Shown piece by piece: positions 21,128 through 30,855 of a stretch of DNA of 30,855 nucleotides (positions within the stretch are counted from its first letter, which is position 1; each line of letters begins with the position of its first letter). The translations under genes and the position numbers were made by a program. The notes beneath the pieces are model-generated. The model was not told the DNA's origin. It worked only from the letters and a program-made list of their open reading frames with translations, and ran no database searches. The stretch is from a virus (taxonomy: Duplodnaviria > Heunggongvirae > Uroviricota > Caudoviricetes), in IMG/VR virus record IMGVR_UViG_2874956758_000002, positions 1 to 30,855 of that record; one strand, written 5' to 3'.

Positions 21128-21730
21128 GGAGAACGTTATTTTTTCTGTAATGAGCAGAACGAAAAAGGTGAGCCGGTCACCTGGCAGGGGCGACAGTATC
21201 AGCCGTATCCCATTCAGGGGAGTGGTTTTGAACTGAATGGCAAAGGCACCAGTACGCGCCCCACGCTGACGGTTTCTAACCTGTTCGGTATGGTCACCGG
21301 GATGGCGGAAGATCTGCAGAGTCTGGTCGGCGGAACGGTGGTCCGGCGTAAGGTTTACGCCCGTTTTCTGGATGCGGTGAACTTCGTCAACGGAAACAGT
21401 GACGCCGATCCGGAGCAGGAGGTGATCAGCCGCTGGCGCATTGAGCAGTGCAGCGAACTGAGCGCGGTGAGTGCCTCTTTTGTACTGTCCACGCCGACGG
21501 AAACGGACGGCGCTGTTTTTCCGGGACGTATCATGCTGGCCAACACCTGCACCTGGACCTATCGCGGCGATGAGTGCGGTTATCACGGTCCGGCGGTCGC
21601 GGATGAATATGACCAGCCAACGTCCGATATCACGAAGGATAAATGCAGCAAATGCCTGAGCGGTTGTAAGTTCCGCAATAACGTCGGCAACTTTGGCGGC
21701 TTCCTTTCCATTAACAAACTTTCGCAGTAA
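21128..21730 (+). pseudogene. L: 3' fragment of lambda-like minor tail protein L gene, separated from its 5' end by IS66 and inversion
   Basis: In-frame translation from 21128 reads GERYFFCNEQNEKGEPVTWQGRQYQPYPIQGSGFELNGKGTSTRPTLTVSNL...SINKLSQ, matching lambda gpL residues ~33 to the end. Begins with GGAGAACG, the same 8 bp that end the 5' fragment at 3601..3608. Confidence 0.9.
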
Positions 21731-21735
21731 ATACC

Positions 21736-22479
21736 ATGACACAGACAGAATCAGCGATTCTGGCGCACGCCCGGCGATGTGCGCCAGCGGAGTCGTGCGG
21801 CTTCGTGGTAAGCACGCCGGAGGGGGAAAGATATTTCCCCTGCGTGAATATCTCCGGTGAGCCGGAGGCGTATTTCCGTATGTCGCCGGAAGACTGGCTG
21901 CAGGCAGAAATGCAGGGTGAGATCGTGGCGCTGGTCCACAGCCACCCCGGTGGTCTGCCCTGGCTGAGTGAGGCCGACCGGCGGCTGCAGGTGCAGAGTG
22001 ATTTGCCGTGGTGGCTGGTCTGCCGGGGGACGATTCATAAGTTCCGCTGTGTGCCGCATCTCACCGGGCGGCGCTTTGAGCACGGGGTGACGGACTGTTA
22101 CACGCTGTTCCGGGATGCTTATCATCTGGCGGGGATTGAGATGCCGGATTTTCATCGCGAGGATGACTGGTGGCGTCACGGTCAGAATCTCTATCTGGAT
22201 AATCTGGAGGCCACAGGGCTGTATCAGGTGCCGTTGTCATCAGCACAACCGGGCGATGTGCTGCTGTGCTGTTTTGGTTCATCGGTGCCGAATCATGCCG
22301 CCATTTACTGTGGTGATGGCGAGCTGCTGCACCATATTCCTGAACAACTGAGCAAACGAGAGAGGTATACCGACAAATGGCAGCGACGCACACACTCCCT
22401 CTGGCGTCACCGGGCATGGCGCGCATCTGCCTTTACGGGGATTTGCAACGATTTGGCCGCCGCATCGACCTTCGTGTGA
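21736..22479 (+). CDS. K: lambda-like tail tip assembly protein K
   Basis: Matches lambda gpK including the HSHP metal-binding motif. The lambda-annotated 199-aa start corresponds to ATG 21880; the ORF is open from ATG 21736. 3' end overlaps I by ~100 bp as in lambda. Confidence 0.85.
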   Translation: MTQTESAILAHARRCAPAESCGFVVSTPEGERYFPCVNISGEPEAYFRMSPEDWLQAEMQGEIVALVHSHPGGLPWLSEADRRLQVQSDLPWWLVCRGTIHKFRCVPHLTGRRFEHGVTDCYTLFRDAYHLAGIEMPDFHREDDWWRHGQNLYLDNLEATGLYQVPLSSAQPGDVLLCCFGSSVPNHAAIYCGDGELLHHIPEQLSKRERYTDKWQRRTHSLWRHRAWRASAFTGICNDLAAASTFV

Positions 22480-23048
22480 AAACGGGGGCTGAAGCCATCC
22501 GCGCACTGGCCACACAGCTCCCGGTGTTTCGTCAGAAACTGAGCGACGGCGGGTATCAGGTACGGATTGCCGGGCGGGACGTCAGCACGTCCGGGTTAAC
22601 GGCGCAGTTACATGAGACTCTGCCTGATGGCGCTGTGATTCATATTGTTCCCAGAGTCGCCGGGGCCAAGTCAGGTGGCGTATTCCAGATTGTCCTGGGG
22701 GCTGCCGCCATTGCCGGATCATTCTTTACCGCCGGAGCCACCCTTGCAGCATGGGGGGCAGCCATTGGGGCCGGTGGTATGACCGGCATCCTGTTTTCTC
22801 TCGGTGCCAGTATGGTGCTCGGTGGTGTGGCGCAGATGCTGGCACCGAAAGCCAGAACTCCCCGTACACAGACAACGGATAACGGCAAACAGAACACCTA
22901 TTTCTCCTCACTGGATAACATGGTTGCCCAGGGCAATGTTCTGCCGGTTCTGTACGGTGAAATGCGCGTGGGGTCACGCGTGGTTTCTCAGGAGATCAGC
23001 ACGGCAGACGAAGGGGATGGTGGTCAGGTTGTGGTGATTGGTCGCTGA
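22377..23048 (+). CDS. I: lambda-like tail tip assembly protein I
   Basis: 223-aa ORF (MAATHTLPLASPGMARICLYGDLQRF...) matching lambda gpI in sequence and length. Confidence 0.9.
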   Translation: MAATHTLPLASPGMARICLYGDLQRFGRRIDLRVKTGAEAIRALATQLPVFRQKLSDGGYQVRIAGRDVSTSGLTAQLHETLPDGAVIHIVPRVAGAKSGGVFQIVLGAAAIAGSFFTAGATLAAWGAAIGAGGMTGILFSLGASMVLGGVAQMLAPKARTPRTQTTDNGKQNTYFSSLDNMVAQGNVLPVLYGEMRVGSRVVSQEISTADEGDGGQVVVIGR

Positions 23049-23105
23049 TGCATAATGTTTTATGTGAAACCGCCTCCGGGCGGTTTTATCGTTTATGGAG
23101 CATGA

Positions 23106-26478
<3,373 letters not shown>

Positions 26479-26500
26479 AATATTTATAACCCCAATAAAT

Positions 26501-26526
26501 GGCGTCAGGAATGACGCCTTTTTTAT
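26501..26526 (+). terminator. rho-independent terminator downstream of J
   Basis: Hairpin GGCGTCA-GGAA-TGACGCC followed by TTTTTTAT. Confidence 0.7.
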
Positions 26527-26548
26527 TGCAGAAAAGCGAGAGGTAATT

Positions 26549-27148
26549 ATGCGTAAAGTTTGTGCAGCCATTTTGTCCGCAGCCATTTGTCTGGCCGTAT
26601 CCGGTGCGCCTGCATGGGCGTCTGAACATCAGTCCACGCTGAGCGCGGGGTATCTTCATGCCCGGACCAACGTTCCCGGCAGTGATGATCTGAACGGGAT
26701 TAACGTGAAATATCGTTATGAGTTTACGGATACGCAGGGGCTGGTGACGTCATTCAGCTATGCAGGAGACAAGAATCGCCAGCTTACCCGTTACAGCGAT
26801 ACCCGCTGGCATGAAGATTCCGTGCGTAACCGCTGGTTCAGCGTGATGGCGGGGCCGTCTGTGCGCGTGAATGAATGGTTCAGCGCGTATGCGATGGCGG
26901 GTATGGCTTACAGCCGTGTTTCGATTTTCTCCGGAGATTATATCCGCGTAACTGACAACAAGGGGAAAAAGCACGATGTGCTGACCGGAAGTGATGACGG
27001 TCGCCACAGCAACACGTCTCTGGCGTGGGGGGCTGGCGTGCAGTTTAACCCGACCGAATCCGTGGCCATTGATATTGCTTATGAAGGCTCCGGCAGTGGT
27101 GACTGGCGCACTGACGGTTTCATCGTGGGTGTCGGTTATAAATTCTGA
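26549..27148 (+). CDS. lom: Lom outer membrane protein (Ail/Lom family)
   Basis: 199-aa ORF with signal peptide ([24 protein letters not shown]) and a C-terminal aromatic residue (GYKF) typical of a beta-barrel; position between J and stf as in lambda. Confidence 0.85.
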
Positions 27149-27173
27149 TTAGCCAGGTAACACAGTGTTATGA

Positions 27174-27200
27174 CAGCCCGCCGGTTCAGGCGGGCTTTTT
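27174..27200 (+). terminator. rho-independent terminator downstream of lom
   Basis: Hairpin AGCCCGCC-GGTTCA-GGCGGGCT followed by TTTTTG. Confidence 0.65.
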
Positions 27201-27211
27201 GTGGGGTGAAT

Positions 27212-30200
27212 ATGGCAGTAAAGATTTCAGGTGTACTGAAAGACGGCACAGGAAAACCGGTACAGAACTGCACAATCCAGCTGAAAGCAAAACGTAACAG
27301 CACCACGGTGGTGGTGAACACGCTGGCCTCAGAAAATCCGGATGAGGCCGGGCGTTACAGCATGGACGTTGAGTACGGTCAGTACAGCGTTATTCTGTTG
27401 GTGGAAGGATTCCCGCCGTCACATGCCGGGACCATCACCGTGTATGAAGATTCCCGACCCGGTACGCTGAATGATTTTCTCGGTGCCATGACGGAGGATG
27501 ATGCCCGTCCTGAGGCACTGCGCCGTTTTGAACTGATGGTGGAAGAGGTGGCGCGTAACGCGTCCGCCGTGGCACAGAACACGGCAGCCGCGAAGAAGTC
27601 AGCCAGCGATGCCGGCACATCAGCCCGTGAGGCGGCAACCCATGCGACTGATGCTGCAGGCTCAGCACGCGCAGCCAGCACGTCAGCCGGACAGGCCGCG
27701 TCGTCGGCTCAGTCAGCGTCTTCCAGCGCAGGAACGGCATCAACAAAGGCCACTGAAGCGGAAAAAAGTGCTGCCGCTGCAGAGTCCTCAAAAAGCGCGG
27801 CAGCTACCAGTGCCAGTGCCGCGAAAACGTCAGAAACGAATGCTGCAGCGTCACAACAATCAGCAGCCACTTCTGCATCCACCGCGACTACGAAAGCGTC
27901 AGAAGCTGCCACCTCAGCCCGGGATGCGTCGGCTTCAAAAGAGGCGGCAAAATCATCAGAAACGAACGCATCCTCGAGCGCCAGCAGCGCAGCTTCCTCG
28001 GCAACGGCGACAGCAAATTCTGCGAAGGCGGCAAAAACGTCCGAGACGAACGCTAAGTCTTCTGAGATGGCAGCGGGACAGAGTGCCTCAGCTGCGGCAG
28101 GCTCAAAAACAGCGGCTGCGTCGTCTGCCAGTGCAGCGTCAACAAGTGCCGGGCAGGCCTCAGCCAGTGCTAGCGCCGCCGGAAAATCGGCAGAAAGCGC
28201 CGCATCGTCCGCTTCAACAGCCACAACGAAGGCTGGCGAAGCCACTGAACAGGCCAGTGCAGCAGCGAGGTCTGCTTCCGCAGCGAAGACATCCGAGACG
28301 AACGCGAAAGCGTCGGAAACCAGCGCAGAATCCTCAAAAACGGCTGCCGCATCGTCCGCCAGTTCGGCGGCGTCATCGGCGTCTGCTTCAAAAGATGAGG
28401 CGACCAGACAAGCGTCCGCAGCGAAGGGCAGCGCCACGACAGCATCCACGAAGGCGACAGAGGCAGCTGGCAGTGCGACGGCGGCAGCACAGAGCAAAAG
28501 TACGGCGGAATCTGCAGCAACGCGCGCTGAGACAGCGGCAAAACGGGCAGAGGATATTGCATCCGCCGTGGCGCTTGAGGATGCGAGCACGACGAAAAAG
28601 GGGATAGTACAGCTCAGTAGTGCGACTAACAGCACTTCCGAGTCACTGGCGGCAACACCAAAAGCCGTTAAGGCCGCGTATGACCTGGCTAACGGGAAAT
28701 ACACCGCACAGGATGCAACGACAGCACAGAAAGGGATAATCCAGCTAAGCAGCGCGACCAACAGCACGTCTGAAACGCTTGCCGCGACACCAAAGGCAGT
28801 AAAAACAGCCTATGACAATGCTGAGAAACGTCTGCAGAAAGATCAGAGCGGTGCGGATATCCCTGGCAAAGACACCTTTACGAAAAATATTGGTGCCTGC
28901 CGTGCCTTTGGTGGGTCAGTAAGCACAATAACAGGAAACTGGACGACTGCACAGTTTATCGAGTGGCTGGATTCTCAGGGAGCATTTAACCATCCCTACT
29001 GGATGTGCAAGGGTTCCTGGTCTTATGGCAATAATAAAATCATTACTGATACTGACTGCGGTAATATTCATCTCGCCGGAGCTGTCATTGAAGTAATGGG
29101 GATAAAGTCAGCGATGACGATCCGCATTACCACACCGACCACCTCCACTGGTGGTGGAACAACTAACGCCCAGTTTACCTATATTAATCACGGAACAGAT
29201 TATTCACCTGGCTGGCGAAGGGACTATAACTCCAGAAATAAGCCAACGGCATCAGAGATCGGGGCGTTACCGTCAGGTGGAACAGCAGTATCATCAGTTA
29301 ATCTGTCTTCAAAAGGTCGGGTAACCGCGCTGACAGACAATACGCAGGGGGCAACAGGTCTTGAGTTATACGAGGTGTATAACAACGGATATCCAACAGC
29401 GTATGGAAATATCATTCACCTGAAAGGGATGACAGCCGTTGGCGAAGGTGAGTTACTCATCGGCTGGAGTGGTACAAGCGGTGCCCATGCTCCGGCATTT
29501 ATTCGTTCACGACGGGATACGACCGACGCAAACTGGTCGCCGTGGGCGCAGCTTTACACCTCGGCTCATCCTCCTGCAGAGTTTTATCCAGTCGGTGCAC
29601 CAATCCCGTGGCCATCAGATACCGTTCCGTCTGGCTATGCCCTGATGCAGGGGCAGACTTTTGACAAATCTGCATACCCGAAACTTGCAGCGGCTTATCC
29701 GTCAGGCGTGATCCCTGATATGCGTGGCTGGACGATTAAGGGCAAACCTGCCAGTGGTCGGGCCGTATTATCTCAGGAACAGGACGGCATTAAATCGCAC
29801 ACCCACAGCGCCAGCGCATCCAGTACGGATTTGGGGACGAAAACCACATCGTCGTTTGATTACGGCACTAAATCCACGAATAACACCGGTGCTCATACGC
29901 ACAGTCTGAGCGGCTCTACAAGCTCGGCCGGAGCACACTCGCACGTTGATGGTCGCAGGTTTAATACAAGCACTTTTAAAGACACCTATCAGTATGGTTC
30001 TACAGCTGTCGGAAGTAACTCATACCAGGTACAAGGGGCGGTTGGTCTGGGCATTGGCACGATGGCCAATACGAACTCTGCTGGCGCGCATACCCACTCA
30101 CTGTCCGGCACTGCTGCAAGCGCAGGTGCACACGCACATACTGTCGGTATTGGTGCTCATACGCACTCCGTTGCGATTGGCTCACATGGACACACCATCA

Positions 30201-30274
30201 CCGTTAACGCTGCTGGTAACGCGGAAAACACCGTCAAAAACATCGCATTTAACTATATTGTGAGGCTTGCATAA
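27212..30274 (+). CDS. stf: side tail fibre protein Stf, full length
   Basis: Starts [26 protein letters not shown] as in lambda Stf; long Ala/Ser/Thr-rich repeat shaft; C-terminal His-rich GAHxH repeats and terminal [22 protein letters not shown]. The ORF track start at 27170 overlaps the lom terminator and is rejected. Confidence 0.85.
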   Translation: MAVKISGVLKDGTGKPVQNCTIQLKAKRNSTTVVVNTLASENPDEAGRYSMDVEYGQYSVILLVEGFPPSHAGTITVYEDSRPGTLNDFLGAMTEDDARPEALRRFELMVEEVARNASAVAQNTAAAKKSASDAGTSAREAATHATDAAGSARAASTSAGQAASSAQSASSSAGTASTKATEAEKSAAAAESSKSAAATSASAAKTSETNAAASQQSAATSASTATTKASEAATSARDASASKEAAKSSETNASSSASSAASSATATANSAKAAKTSETNAKSSEMAAGQSASAAAGSKTAAASSASAASTSAGQASASASAAGKSAESAASSASTATTKAGEATEQASAAARSASAAKTSETNAKASETSAESSKTAAASSASSAASSASASKDEATRQASAAKGSATTASTKATEAAGSATAAAQSKSTAESAATRAETAAKRAEDIASAVALEDASTTKKGIVQLSSATNSTSESLAATPKAVKAAYDLANGKYTAQDATTAQKGIIQLSSATNSTSETLAATPKAVKTAYDNAEKRLQKDQSGADIPGKDTFTKNIGACRAFGGSVSTITGNWTTAQFIEWLDSQGAFNHPYWMCKGSWSYGNNKIITDTDCGNIHLAGAVIEVMGIKSAMTIRITTPTTSTGGGTTNAQFTYINHGTDYSPGWRRDYNSRNKPTASEIGALPSGGTAVSSVNLSSKGRVTALTDNTQGATGLELYEVYNNGYPTAYGNIIHLKGMTAVGEGELLIGWSGTSGAHAPAFIRSRRDTTDANWSPWAQLYTSAHPPAEFYPVGAPIPWPSDTVPSGYALMQGQTFDKSAYPKLAAAYPSGVIPDMRGWTIKGKPASGRAVLSQEQDGIKSHTHSASASSTDLGTKTTSSFDYGTKSTNNTGAHTHSLSGSTSSAGAHSHVDGRRFNTSTFKDTYQYGSTAVGSNSYQVQGAVGLGIGTMANTNSAGAHTHSLSGTAASAGAHAHTVGIGAHTHSVAIGSHGHTITVNAAGNAENTVKNIAFNYIVRLA

Positions 30275-30855
30275 TGGCATTCAGAATGAGTGAACAAGCA
30301 CGGACCATAAAAATTTATAATCTGCTAGCCGGAACTAATGAATTTATTGGTGAAGGTGACGCATATATTCCGCCTCATACAGGTCTGCCAGCAAACAGTA
30401 CCGATATTGCACCACCAGATATTCCTGCTGGCTTCCTGGCTGTTTTCAACAGTGATGAGGCATCGTGGCATCTCGTTGAAGATCATCGGGGTAAAACGGT
30501 TTATGACGTAGCGTCAGGGGACGCGTTATTTATTTCTGAACTCGGTCCGTTACCGGAAAATGTTACCTGGTTATCGCCGGAAGGGGAGTTTCAGAAGTGG
30601 AACGGCACAGCCTGGGTGAAAGATGCAGAAGCAGAAAAACTGTTCCGGATCCGGGAGGCGGAAGAAACAAAAAACAGCCTGATGCAGGTAGCCAGTGAGC
30701 ATATTGCGCCACTTCAGGATGCTGTAGATCTGGAGATCGCAACGGAGGAAGAAAACTCGTTGCTGGAAGCCTGGAAGAAGTATCGGGTGTTGCTGAACCG
30801 TGTTGATACATCAACTGCACCTGATATTGAGTGGCCTGTAATACCAGAAGTTTAA
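30274..30855 (+). CDS. tfa: tail fibre assembly protein Tfa
   Basis: 193-aa ORF overlapping the stf stop (ATAATGG); Tfa-like sequence; stop codon TAA is the last 3 bases of the window. Confidence 0.85.
   Translation: MAFRMSEQARTIKIYNLLAGTNEFIGEGDAYIPPHTGLPANSTDIAPPDIPAGFLAVFNSDEASWHLVEDHRGKTVYDVASGDALFISELGPLPENVTWLSPEGEFQKWNGTAWVKDAEAEKLFRIREAEETKNSLMQVASEHIAPLQDAVDLEIATEEENSLLEAWKKYRVLLNRVDTSTAPDIEWPVIPEV

Noticed and set aside
21101-21742. 213-aa ORF antisense to the L 3' fragment
   Set aside because: Overlaps a confidently assigned gene on the opposite strand and shows no recognisable domain.
27170-27211. Upstream start for stf at 27170 ([10 protein letters not shown]...)
   Set aside because: This stretch forms the lom terminator hairpin, and the lambda Stf N-terminus aligns from MAVKISG at 27212.
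27690-28570. Tandem repeats in stf as a possible CRISPR array or other repeat locus
   Set aside because: The repeats are in-frame degenerate coding repeats of the fibre shaft, with no constant-length direct repeats separated by unique spacers.
27609-28767. Long ORFs on both strands inside stf (332 aa plus-strand alternate frame, 352 aa minus strand) encoding Arg/Pro/Gln-rich or Ala-rich low-complexity proteins
   Set aside because: They lie within the Ala/Ser/Thr repeat region of stf, where GC-rich repetitive codons give open frames in every phase; no start context and no family resemblance.

Overview
Enterobacterial (Escherichia coli / Shigella-type) chromosomal window containing a decayed lambda-like prophage integrated in yecE, cut and rearranged by insertion sequences. 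Two non-identical IS66-family copies in inverted orientation (1160..3600 and 18693..21127) bracket a 15.1-kb segment. The lambda tail gene L is split across them, with the same 8-bp target duplication GGAGAACG at each fragment junction, which is direct evidence of an IS66-mediated inversion. The inverted segment carries lambda-like late genes on the minus strand (E, FI, FII, Z, U, V, G/GT, H, M, L 5' end), an SSB gene, an IS30 nested between two inverted arms of an IS600-like element, xis-int, the attachment junction, and host genes yecE'-yecN-cmoA-cmoB plus a torZ 3' remnant. Right of IS66 copy 2 the late operon continues on the plus strand (L 3' end, K, I, J, lom, stf, tfa). Z and J each carry a 1-bp contraction in a G run, and an IS3-family transposase at the window start is fused in-frame at a 7-A run; these are either real decay or homopolymer sequencing errors. 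I found no CRISPR array, tRNA or rRNA, and no gene-sized stretch left unexplained, so I see no candidate for a new defence or other system here; the interest is in the rearrangement history. All calls rest on reading the translations against protein families recalled from memory; no database search was run.
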